Of a stretch of DNA of 64,000 bases, positions 36,601 to 46,129 are shown in pieces. The stretch is from Octopus sinensis (lineage: Eukaryota). The position numbers and the translations under genes were made by a program. Position 1 is the first letter of the stretch. Each line of letters starts with the position of its first letter. The stretch is taken from assembly GCF_006345805.1 (NCBI RefSeq), contig NC_043006.1:58590001-58654000 (forward strand), in the 5' to 3' direction. The notes beneath the pieces were generated by a model that was given only the letters and a program-made list of their open reading frames with translations, did not search any database and was not told the DNA's origin.

Positions 36601-38189
36601 CGGCAACCAATTAAGATTTCATTAACCACTATTTAATGTGACATAGCTACTGCGAACCAATTAGAGCCTCTAACTAGTCACTTGACTTGCTAAAAAAAGA
36701 ACCAACTATTTAAAATTACCCTCAATCATCTTAAAAAAGGAAGGACTGTAATTTTGATGAAACGAAAATGACGATTGTCATATCTGAATGTCTATGATCA
36801 AAGATCTGGTTACACAGGACTAACCTAGGGCTAAAGAACAAATTTTATCACCCCCAAAGGCGACAGTCATTCTAAGTTAAATTAATATTTTGTAATAAAA
36901 TAGCGGAGATAAAAAAAAACAAAAGAGTAAATCACAATGTTGAATGTTTTACAGACATTTTCCTTTCCTTCGTTGTCAGTTGTCTATAAACTCCAGACCT
37001 AATTCAAGAGACCCCCCCCCCCATCATCAAAAGTATTCGAAGACCGTGACAATCCCATCTTCTAGTATATCTCTACAAGCATTAACTCAGACTACATTAA
37101 CGAATGTCTATTTTTCCTTTAGGGACAGTAACTTAAATGATCTGAGGGATATATTAGCTATCATTTTAACAGGTCAGACACACACAGCAGAGAAAGATTC
37201 CCTCGCTGATTATTTTTCGATTGTGTGTGTTTCAGTCAATGTCGACTTTTATCTGTCTTCTTTCCTACCTAAATACGATTAAATCAACTATCTTTTTTTA
37301 TTTTAAACCAAACGGGACTTACTGCTAAGTTTTAAACAACTAAATTGTGTTTGTTGAGACAATTTGATAAGAAATAGTCATTCAGAGGATACCAGTTCCC
37401 TCGTTGGGAAAGTTAGTAAATAATATATTAATTGAAGGATGACTAACACGCCATATGACAATAACGTAATTATTATGAAGATTAATTAAAAAGCGGTATA
37501 TTTAGTGAATATGATGGAAGGAAGGATGGTGGTGTTATTTATTTGTTTATAACCCGAGGTAGATCAAAAATAAAGTCGATCTATGCTAGATTTTAAAGTT
37601 CCCGACTTTCCTGTCGCTACAAATCACCATTGTGTGGTGACTGTTGATAATAACATTTTAAGGTGTGGTTGTTACAATAGCAGAAAGATAAAGATATTTT
37701 AGGTGGTGTAACGGCTACAGATGAAAATATTTAGAATAAAGATCCTGCGAAAGGGGTGTTTTTTTTCTTTCTTTTTTTGTAAGGTCTGAACGAAGTTGAC
37801 ATTTCATGAATAGAAAAAAAAAAAAAGTGGAGCATTTTTGAGGTAATGAAAATTAAGTTTCAGAGCGACAAAAGAGAAACAAAGGAATGAAAAATAAAAC
37901 AGGGCAAGTATTTAAACTGTCAAAATAGTTCGATCGAAGGGGGAAAATAAATAATAACTGGGTTCTTTTTTTTTTTCTTTCTCAATTAAATCTTACCTCC
38001 AATACGTTCTTCTGTTAATTGCGACTGAAAAGAGAAGGATATGAAAGATATTTTATATAGAGAGATAGTTTAACATTTATAATAACAAAGACGGGGAAAA
38101 CAGCAAAATATTTTTTTTTGCAAATGAGTCGATTAAATGGTGAAAATATGAAATATAAGAGAGAAATATAAGAAATGGACAATTACCAT
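17254..38189 (-). CDS. Mlc-c: Myosin-II essential (alkali) light chain, non-muscle type; spliced CDS join(38187..38189,37997..38024,27434..27574,19833..19997,18829..18906,17254..17282), 444 nt, 147 aa
   Basis: All six exons have GT/AG borders with compatible phases (0,1,1,1,1). They translate to MSQLTEERIGDLLDIFNLFDEKGDGKISAHQLGEVLRAMGENPTQAEVKKCGYEGREMERISFETVLPILQTINRNKDPVTFEDLVEGFKVFDKDQNGFVSSAEMRHLLSGLGERLTSEEADQLLQGVEDSHGNVNYEELIRMVLAG*, an EF-hand protein closely resembling Drosophila Mlc-c and vertebrate MYL6 as I recall them. Confidence 0.93.
18285..18735 (-). mobile_element. HERO/R2-group non-LTR retrotransposon 3' relic (REL endonuclease) in myosin light chain intron 5
   Basis: Across frames: STTLWPDI, VISNSTKQV, HKRKLAKYQELLE, GHSFCKAL..TGATKRRAI.SITEAGEKATRWLWINR; ends in a TATCACTGATGATG tail. 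Confidence 0.75.
18829..18906 (-). CDS. Mlc-c: Myosin essential light chain exon 5 (GERLTSEEADQLLQGVEDSHGNVNYE, 78 nt)
   Basis: ttcctttattacag|GTGAAAG...TATGAAG|gtaagt. Confidence 0.95.
19833..19997 (-). CDS. Mlc-c: Myosin essential light chain exon 4 (ERISFETVLPIL...FDKDQNGFVSSAEMRHLLSGL, 165 nt)
   Basis: ttttttacag|TGGAGCGG...GGATTAG|gtaaag; lies within supplied ORF 19777..20025; EF-hand motif. Confidence 0.95.
   Translation of the reverse strand, partial: WSGSVLKQFSLFYKLSIGIKIQLLLKIWLKGSKFSTKIKMGLSAVLRCVIFYLD
20608..20994 (+). mobile_element. Non-autonomous Helitron, subfamily B (intron 3)
   Basis: A|TC...CTAG|T with 3' hairpin. Confidence 0.88.
21136..21360. mobile_element. piggyBac-like MITE
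   Basis: TTAA|CCCTTT...AAAGGG|TTAA; relatives at 29601..29820, ~15305-15490, ~19170-19390 and the right edge. Confidence 0.75.
21630..22370 (+). mobile_element. Degraded RTE-clade LINE reverse transcriptase fragment
   Basis: GVHQ..VLS.LLF, WELLYTDDL, FHYLG, KGRLYDACV..MLHGSETW motifs with deletions. Confidence 0.8.
27434..27574 (-). CDS. Mlc-c: Myosin essential light chain exon 3 (DLLDIFNLFDEKGDGK...KKCGYEGRE, 141 nt)
   Basis: ttttgtcattttag|ATTTACTT...GGTAGAGAAA|gttagt; EF-hand 1 loop DEKGDGKI. An alternative in-frame donor lies 9 nt upstream (exon end 27443). Confidence 0.93.
27738..27865. repeat. Fold-back element; each arm carries a hammerhead-like core
   Basis: About 50-bp imperfect arms; plus arm reads CTGAAGA-GGTCACAGGATGAGTGAC-GAAA-AAGCTT. 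Confidence 0.7.
28930..29260 (+). mobile_element. CORE-like SINE, family 2
   Basis: Same family as 14228 and 47780; CA-microsatellite middle, GCCACAGTCAAATGACTGAAAC tail. Confidence 0.75.
29601..29820. mobile_element. piggyBac-like MITE
   Basis: TTAA TSD on both sides, CCCTTTA..TAAAGGG TIRs. Confidence 0.8.
31386..31474. repeat. 89-bp near-perfect palindrome
   Basis: AGAAAATTTAGAATAGACAAGAG... mirrors ...CTCTTGTCTATTCTAAATTTTCT. Confidence 0.85.
32580..33050 (+). mobile_element. RTE-clade LINE 3'UTR with (GAT)n tail
   Basis: Same family as 2447..3440. About 17 such tails occur in the window (e.g. 19430, 23700, 25420, 39865, 40670, 40905, 42780, 50350, 51665, 55620). Confidence 0.8.
33689..34010. 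repeat. 320-bp fold-back element made of two inverted hammerhead-core-bearing arms
   Basis: Arms pair from the ends almost to the centre (~33850). CTGATGA at 33893-33899, GAAA at 33954-33957, GTA at 33977-33979, mirrored at 33720-33806. Confidence 0.85.
34100..34397. mobile_element. Helentron/HINE-like non-autonomous element
   Basis: Terminal hairpin ATACCCTG...CAGGGTAAT and a body typical of HINEs (isolated impression; no alignment run). Confidence 0.4.
34778..34890 (-). mobile_element. Second HERO-like 3' terminal fragment
   Basis: CATCATCAGTGAT...GGGGTTTCAGG..TT..CAATCAGA.ACCCT similarity to 18291-18350. Confidence 0.6.
37997..38024 (-). CDS. Mlc-c: Myosin essential light chain exon 2 (SQLTEERIG, 28 nt)
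   Basis: ccttctcttttcag|TCGCAATTAACAGAAGAACGTATTGGAG|gtaaga; strong acceptor and donor, phase 0 to 1. Confidence 0.9.
38187..38189 (-). CDS. Mlc-c: Myosin essential light chain exon 1 (ATG only)
   Basis: Minus strand reads ...CTTGACAAAATG|gtaatt; an ATG-only first coding exon is also found in MYL6. Confidence 0.85.
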
Positions 38190-38310
38190 TTTGTCAAGTT
38201 GAATGAAGAGTGAAACACAACTTCCGTTACTAGTGGCTGATGGGACCAAACAATACAACACTAGCTTAGCGTCACACTTTACTACTGACTGACTGACTAA
38301 CTGACTAATT
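38190..38310 (-). promoter_or_regulatory. 5'UTR and core promoter of the myosin light chain gene
   Basis: ETS-like ACGGAAGT at 38220-38227, about 30 nt upstream of the ATG; no TATA box seen. The TSS is not determinable from sequence. Confidence 0.5.
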
Positions 38311-38439
38311 CATTCAATTTTACTTCCTCGTTCAGCTTGTGGATGTTTAAAATGTTTAAACACCATCCCCTCTCCCTTGTCAGCTCTGACTCAGCCGATC
38401 TATTATCAAAGACGTTCCAGTTGTGACCCCTTATCTTGG

Positions 38440-38935
38440 CGGAATTATAGTTTAAGCACACCATATAACTTTTATTTTTTGGGAATTTTCTGGTAATTTT
38501 TGCGAATTTGTGTTCTACACACGGTAATTTATACGATTATAAAATATTTTTGAAACCCCTCCCCCGCTTCCTAAGCCCCAAAAAGTTCCACTTTCTTTCG
38601 AATTTTTATTTTAGAGTTTAAAATGCGGACAGTCCGAATTCTTTGCTTGAATCTCATCATTGTTCCGTTAAATGTGTTTATGGGGAGAAAATATTGAAAA
38701 ACATCAATACATGTCAGTGTGACAAAAAAGTGAGGAAGGTATCTGGTGGTCGTGAGATGTGCTAAAAATAACAGCTAAATAACCCTTAAATCAGACTCAC
38801 ACGAAAAAAATTTGCTTTTCCTTAATCGTATGAATTCCCCTGTGCAGAATAAAAATCTGCAAAAATTTTCTGAAAATTCCAAAAAATAAAAAAGTTATGA
38901 GGAGTTATATGGAATGCTTAAACCGGAATTCTATC
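38440..38935. mobile_element. TIR-bearing non-autonomous DNA element about 250 bp upstream of the myosin light chain start
   Basis: Imperfect TIR GAATT...TTTAAGCA..CCATATAAC. A second copy (45850-46129 plus 47454-47640) is split by the Merlin-like element. Confidence 0.65.
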
Positions 38936-39284
38936 CCCATCTTTTACTCGTAAATACTATATCTTGGACTTCAATTATGTCATATTCATGGAGGTATTGG
39001 GAGATATCTGAACTACCTACACAAGTGTGCTTTCTTCTTTGTTTCCAAATAACTTTCAGAAAAATAGATATGGTTTAATAAAATTTTCTACAAATACCCT
39101 TTAGATGGAACAGATTACGATTGTATTAGAATTTAATGTAAGAAAAAATTGGTGGGTGTGCACATGTGTGTACCCAACTTTTCCAGTGTTTAAGTTTTGT
39201 TTTGTAGACGCTAGGAGCCACTTTACTATGAATTTTTTATACAGCAGTTGTTTTCTCCCCACTTTCTCTCTCTTTCTCTCTCAC

Positions 39285-39797
39285 TAGCCAGATTGACTAT
39301 ATCCTCACCAGACACGGGGACACATATATACTCGTAAATGCAAAATCTTTCCCAGGTGAAGAATGTACAACTCAACATAAGCTAATAGTTAGTGACTTAA
39401 GGGTTAGGGTCAGAAGGATCCAGAGATGCAATCCGATATGGAAAAGGAGGTTGTGGAAGCTCAAGGATTCTTCAAACAGGCAGAGATTTAGAGATGTTCT
39501 TAATGAGGCCTTTGATGAGAAAGAGGAAGAGATAGAGACATATGATGTAGAGGACAGCTGAAAATTTCTAAGGGACAATATACTAAGGGCAACAGGCCAA
39601 ATCTGGTTGGAGCAAAGTCTAGGGTGATGTGGTGGTGGAACGGTGATGTTGTCAAGGCCATAAAAGAGAAAAGACAGGTCTGGAAAGAAAGGAAAAGAGT
39701 GGGTAGCAAAGAATCGTATCAGAAAGCTAAAAGGGAAGCTAGACGTCAGGTTTATCTAGCAAGGGCAGAAGTAGAAAAGAAGAGGTTTGCCAATGTG
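39285..39797 (+). mobile_element. RTE-clade LINE fragment (APE endonuclease C-terminus and linker)
   Basis: SQIDYILTR, KSFPGEECTTQHKLIVSDL, WWWNGDVVKAIKEKR. Confidence 0.85.
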
Positions 39798-40129
39798 GGT
39801 GTATATGTGCATATGAGTGTATGTAGACATGTGTGAGTGTGTGGATGTGGGTGTGATAAGTGTGTATCATCATCATCATCATCATCGTTTAACGTCCGCC
39901 TTCCATGCTAGCATGGGTGGGATGGTTTCACAAGAATCAGCCAGGCAAAAGCCTGCACCAGACTTCTGTGACCGTTTTGGCAGGATTTTTACAGCTGGAT
40001 GACCTTCTTAACACTCAATGCGTGGGTATAACACATAGGTTGGGGGCAAGTAGAGAGCAATGATACAGTGGCACAGGGCCAAGAGGACAGGATTGGGGAG
40101 TTGGAGGTAAGCATAGTGCATGAAGCATA

Positions 40130-40600
40130 AATGTGAGGAAGAGAAGAGATGCAGAGATGTAGTTTGGTTTGTTGTGGTAGGATGTGTGAGAAATTTTCTT
40201 GTTAAGTGTGTGGGGGTCATATGCGTATGGATGTGGACAGCTGTGTAAAGAAGTGCTGATCTCTAACTGTGGAGGGAACCTGTAGAAGAGGTAGACATGG
40301 AATGAGGTGGTGAAGCATGATCTTTGAACGTTGGGCCTCACAGAGGCAATGACAAATGACCGAGACTTTTGGTGATATGCCATGCTTGAGAGGAAATTAT
40401 AGTTGTGATTGATGTTGGTGCCATATAACTGGCACATGAAAAGCACCCATTACACTCTTGGAGTGGTAGACATTAGGAAGAGCATCCAGCCATAGGAACC
40501 ATGCCAAATCAGACTGGTGCTTGGTGCATTTCTCTAGTTTACAAGTTTCAGTCAAACCATTTAACTTGTGCTAGCATGGGAAGCAGACACTAAAGGATGG
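40130..40600 (+). mobile_element. RTE-clade LINE ORF C-terminus and 3'UTR relic
   Basis: DSCVKKC*SLTVEGTCRRGR..WNEVVKHDL*TLGLTEAMT. Confidence 0.75.
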
Positions 40601-41259
40601 TGATGATGTTGCAAGTAATTGCTTCAGATCTCATTGTACATAGTGCAAATGACAATTTTTTAAATATTTATCACCATCATCATCATCATCCTTACTTAAC
40701 ACCAGTTTTCCATGCTTGCATGGGTTGGATGGTTTTGACAGGCACTGACAATCTGGAGAGCTGCACTTGGGTTCTATCGTCTGTTTTGGTATAGTTTTTA
40801 CAGTTGAATGCATTTCCTAACATGTACTGAGTGCTTTTTATATGGCACCAACACACACACACAAATAAACACATATGCGCACACACATATATATATATAT
40901 CATTGGCATCATCATCATCATCGTTTAACGTCCACTTTCCATGCTAGTATGGGTTGGACGATTTGACTGAGGATTGGCAAACCAGATGGCTGCACCAGGC
41001 TCCAATCTGATCTGGCAGAGTTTCTACAGCTGGATGCCCTTCCTAACGCCAACCACTCTGAGAGGGTAGTGGGTGCTTTTACACGGTACTGGCAACAGCC
41101 ACACACGTGGAAATGTAAGGGGAAAGTAGGAAGAAAAATAAGTGAAAATGCACATTGGAAATCAAAAAAAGGAAAGGCTTTTTATGAAAAGTAATGATAG
41201 ATGTATACAATTAGATGAACTGAGGTAGTAATAAAAGTCATTATTGTTAATTGTTAAAG

Positions 41260-41775
41260 AGATTCAAAAGCATGCTAGTTTCGTAAAATTACTGATCACT
41301 GCTTTGAATGCACACCAATTACCAAATGGTGTCGGTTCTCCTAGTCCCTGAGTAAAAAGATTATGTGCAAGGGAGGTAAGTAGTTCTGGATTTGGTGCAA
41401 TTAGGGTAGATATAGATCTGTAATGTGAATAGTGTACGGGATGTATGCGTGGTATTAATTGGAAGGTTAGTAGTGTTCTGTATTATGTTATGTGTTCAAA
41501 TTGAGTTGTGGAAGTCATTTATTGATGAAAGTTGCCTCTTTGTTCATTCTTTGCTGTACTGAGTTGTTCTGTGAACATTGATAGAAGGGGAAAATTAGGA
41601 TTAAGGTTCCTAGCACACCTTTCTATGTGTTCACTGACCTGTATGTCTGTATTGTGGGTGACGGATTTGTTCTTTGTGAAGAGTGGTTCTTCGAATGAGT
41701 GATATTCCTGTTTGGCCAATATAATGATTACCACACCCTAAGCATGTAATGGCATAGATTAGACAAGGTGAAATA
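41260..41775 (-). mobile_element. Penelope-like element 3' relic: GIY-YIG endonuclease plus pLTR with degenerate hammerhead
   Basis: Minus strand across frames: LIYAITCLGCGNHYIGQTG, TTLHKEQIRHPQYR, VSEHIERCARNLNPNF, NKEATFINK*LPQLN. Confidence 0.85.
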
Positions 41776-42173
41776 TTTAAGATTAAATCAAATTTCACCT
41801 GTGCCTCAGAAAATCTAATCTAGAAAGGTGTACTAGGAACCTTAATCCTAAGGTCTCGGTAATTTATCATTGCTTCCGTGAGGTCCAATGCTTGAAAGGT
41901 GCTTTTTACATGACAACAACAGTAGCCACAACTATGGTTTCATTTGGATTAATGGGCCTTTTCAAGCACACACACACATATATGTGCTTATGAGTGCAGA
42001 CAGCCATATAAAGTGCAGGTCAGTAAATGTAAAAGAGGGAGACCTAGGAAGACATAGGACAAGGTGGTGAAACCTAATTTCAGGACCTTCAACCTAATAC
42101 ATGAGATGACAAAGGACTGTTTCCTAGGGGACTTCCACATTAAATTGGTAACATAACATCACCTTATATATAT

Positions 42174-42215
<42 letters not shown>

Positions 42216-42384
42216 AAATAAGAAAATGGAGTAGCACAATAGTTGGTTCATCAACTTTAGGACATTAAAATGTTAACTTATTTATTTATTAAAAAGATAA
42301 TTATAATAACATGCATACATATAGCATATTATTCTATGCATATAAAATAAGAATACAAGCAATTATTAAAAAACATAAATATAT

Positions 42385-42618
42385 GTGGAGGCGCAATGGC
42401 CCAGTGGTTAGGGCAGCGGACTTGCGGTCGGAGGATCGCGGTTTCGATTCCCAGACCGGGCGTTGTGTGTGTTTATTGAGCGAAAACACCTAAAAGCTCC
42501 ACGAGGCTCCGGCAGGGGATGGTGGTGATCCCTGCTGTACTCTTTCACCACTCTAAAAGGCGGTGCTCCAGCATGGCCGCAGTCAAATGACTGAAACAAG
42601 TACAAAAAAAAAAAAAAA
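42385..42618 (+). mobile_element. Chimeric SINE: family-1 tRNA head and body joined to a family-2 tail and poly(A)
   Basis: 42385-42554 matches the 5' half of 12660..13030; 42555-42603 matches the GGCGGTGCTCCAGCATGGCCGCAGTCAAATGACTGAAACAAG tail of family 2. Confidence 0.8.
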
Positions 42619-42627
42619 GTTATTAAA

Positions 42628-42756
42628 ATTACTTACAGCTGTTTCAGTCTATAGATAAAAGCATCTCATTCTGCCTATATTAGTCAAGTGTATTGAGGTA
42701 ATAGGCAGTTGAAGATGAGGTACTTATATATATCTCTAGGCCTCATCAGAGATTAT
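42628..42756 (-). ncRNA. Candidate minimal type I hammerhead ribozyme with extended stem II
   Basis: CUGAUGA (42749-42743), ~97-nt imperfect hairpin, GAAA (42645-42642), palindromic stem III ACAGCUGU, GUA triplet (42636-42634); stem I is weak. Confidence 0.55.
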
Positions 42757-43029
42757 AAAGTACAATCATAAAAATATGTGTGCCACCTGCACAGGACTGG
42801 CTCCTGTGCAGGTGGCACGTAAAAAGCACCATTTGAGCGTGACCGTTGCCAGTACCGCCTGACTGACCCTCGGAGTGGTTGGCGTTAGGAAGGGCATCCA
42901 GTTGTAGAAACTCTGCCAGATCAAGACTGGAGCCTCGTGCAGCCATCTGGTTCTCCAGTCCTCAATCAAATCGTCCAACCCATGCTAGCATGGAAAGCAG
43001 GCGTTAAACGATGATGATGATGATACATG

Positions 43030-43043
43030 TACACACATAGACA

Positions 43044-43127
<84 letters not shown>

Positions 43128-43150
43128 GTAGGTAGGCAGACAGACAGACA
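43030..43150 (+). repeat. (GATA)n/(GACA)n microsatellite; representative of many (TA)n, (CA)n, (TAA)n and (GAT)n tracts
   Basis: Direct reading. Confidence 0.95.
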
Positions 43151-43287
43151 GATCAGGCTTTTTTCAGTTTCCGTCTACCAAATCTGCTCGCAAGCCTTTG
43201 ATTGGCCTGCGAAGACACTTGCCCGATGCACCAGTGAGACTAAACCTTGAGACTGGGAAGTAAACTTCTTACCATACAGCCACACCG

Positions 43288-43318
<31 letters not shown>

Positions 43319-43873
43319 CGCGTCCGTGCGTGTGCGCGTGCATGTGTAAGATCATGGCTTCTAAATTTGATGGCGGAAGTTTGATAGATTGCTTTCGTAT
43401 AATGGTTAGAGCGTCCGTCACATTTACAGACGATATGGTTTAGAGTTTCATGGGCATCCCTTCAACTTCTTCCATTCAAAGGAGTGCTTTTTTTTTTTAA
43501 CCCAGCAATTCATCGTGCTATTATTTATAACAGTGTTTTTCAACCATTACTTATGTATTCGATGTTTAAAAACTAATTTTATAAAACCACTTCTTTCAAA
43601 ATTCCTGTTTTGTTATTCACTCGTTCACTTCTATTGGTTGAACTATATAAAATGTTAGAGAAAGAAACCTAAGAAACCTAGCTGTTTCTTGCAAAACTTC
43701 TCACGGACCCTTAAAGTACTACTGTGAATCCCCAATATGCTATTTTGCAAGAGTGGGCCCCTCAGTATATCCCCCCCCCCGCAGTCATCCGGACTCTAGT
43801 TGAGAACCACTGATTTATAGCTTCATCGGCTTAAGTGTTCCTCAAGTATAAAAAATGATTTCTAATATATATA

Positions 43874-44248
43874 CTAGCAGTATCGCCCGGCGTTGCTCGG
43901 GTTTGTAAGGGAAATAACTAAATAAGCATTTTTAGAGAGTTATAGCCAAAAAATAGCAAAAAAATGCATTAAAAATGGAAAAAAAATTAAGGTAAATTTT
44001 TTTTTTAAATCGTTGACACATCGTAGATATTTTTAGAGAGTTACTTCCCTAATATAATAGCAAAAAAATGCATTAAAATGGAAAAAAATGATGGTAAACT
44101 TTTTTTAAATCGTAGACTCAGAAGGGCTCGATATGAATCACGACTATAAGATACCCGGTTTGGGTTAAACTGCACCGCAAAATGTGGGAGTAGTTAGGAA
44201 TCTAAATCGTAGGAGACAGACACACAACTTCTCTTTTATATATAAAGA
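43874..44248 (-). mobile_element. Non-autonomous Helitron, subfamily B
   Basis: Canonical termini, A|T site. Confidence 0.88.
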
Positions 44249-44294
44249 TATATATATATATGTGTGTGTGTGTGTATGCACGTATGTATGTATG

Positions 44295-44562
44295 GGTACT
44301 ACTTAAGAACAGTGGTCCCGGTGCGCGCACTCGCGTACTCGTGCATCCGCGCTAGCTAGTCATGACTAGTCGATCCTTACTTTGTGTTTTTGTACTTTAT
44401 TTACTTTGTTTCAAAAAATTATTTACTTTGTGTTTTAGTAAAAAAATTATTTATTTTGTGCTTTATTTACTTTGCTAGGTAGTCGTTGTAGTCACGACTA
44501 GCTAGCGCGGATGCGTGAGTACGCGAGTGCGCGCACCGAGACCACTGTTCTTAAGTAGTACC
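44295..44562. mobile_element. Merlin-like MITE with ~70-bp GC-rich TIRs in a (GTAT)n tract
   Basis: TIR GGTACTACTTAAGAACAGTGGTC..; flanks GTATGTATG on both sides (TSD length is ambiguous in the microsatellite). Confidence 0.75.
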
Positions 44563-46129
44563 GTATGTATGTATGTATGTATGTATGTATGTATGTATGT
44601 ATGTATACATATATATTGACACGCACAACAAGCCTACATGTTAGTTAGGAGACGGGAGAAGCCAGGAGAGAAGTAACCAAGCCGGTGTGAAATGGGAAAT
44701 GACATCGCCTGCTTGTAACAACACACCACCAAATATGGTTTTAAATAGTTGTCGAGTCATACATACAGTCGGTCACACACACACACTCACATATACACAC
44801 GGTGACCAGTTGATAAAATATATATATATATATATATACATAGGTGTTTTTGTTTTGACATTCCAGTCATAACTGTTGGCCAATTTCCTGTCGTGAAATA
44901 TTCCAGTTTCCCCACACACCTTCTTTAATTACAAGGATAAGGGCAATTTACTAGTCGTATACATTTTTCAGCCAACTTGTGGCTCTCTAATCTGTGTATA
45001 TTAACCCCCTTCATACGGTCACTCAAACAGATGGAAATAGCAGCCCAATTTTCCATAATTCGAACCCACCGGTTTGGAAGAAGAAAAACACTAGATACTG
45101 TAGTCCCAGATACAAGATACTAGGTTCAAATGAAAGATAGATGGTTATGGTTAGATGCAGCTTTTGGCGAAATTCTGTTTTAAGCACATATAACCCACCT
45201 CCACGACTTTTTTTTTATTTGACTCTAGATCTGCTCGTTTAGGGCCAACCTAGGGCTAAACTACTATAGCTAATAAAAACAACGATAGTAAAGGACCCAA
45301 AATACTTGTTAAGTGAGATTGAGAAGAAAAGTTGAAATGTTCAGGTTTTTCTAAAATACATTAGAATTTTAATAATAAATCTCCACCCTCAATAGCCAGC
45401 TGGAGACGATGTTCTCCTGGGGCTACAAGCTACAGTAACACCCACCGTTAGTGGTTAGCCATTTGAGATGGCAAATATACCTCACATTAGAATTTTAGTT
45501 GGCGAAATTGACAGGGCATCGGACAAAATGCCTTGCAGGATCTGTTCCTGCTTCTTACGTTCCATTCTGAATTCAAATCCCACCAAAGTTAATTTGCCTT
45601 TCAGCCTTTCGTTGGGTCTACAAAATAGAGTAACAAGTCTAGTACTGAGGTCGATAGCATCGACTAACCTCTTACTAACAAAAAAGCACGGCCTTGTGCC
45701 AAGATCCGAGACAATTATTATTCGTTCATTTGTTTGTCTTTTGTTTATTTAGTTATTGTATATTTTAATCCGGAAATAGAGGTTAACCTACAGGATATGT
45801 GGTTATCTTTCGACAAGTAAAGTTTCGATAAGTGAAGTCAAGAGTAGATGCAATTCTGTTTTAAGCACCTCATATAACCACTCACAACTTTTTTTTTATT
45901 TATAAGAATTTTCAAAAAAATATTGCGAATTTGTGTTGTACGCGCGGGAATTCATACAATTATGGAAAAAATGTTTTTCGAATTTTTTTCAGAGTTTAAA
46001 ATACGGACAATCCAAATATTTTGCTTAAATCCCAACAATAGACCATTAAATGTGTTTATAGGGAGAAAGATATTGAAAAACATCAATGCGTCAGAATGAG
46101 AAAGAAGCGAGAAGAGTATCAGGTGGTCG

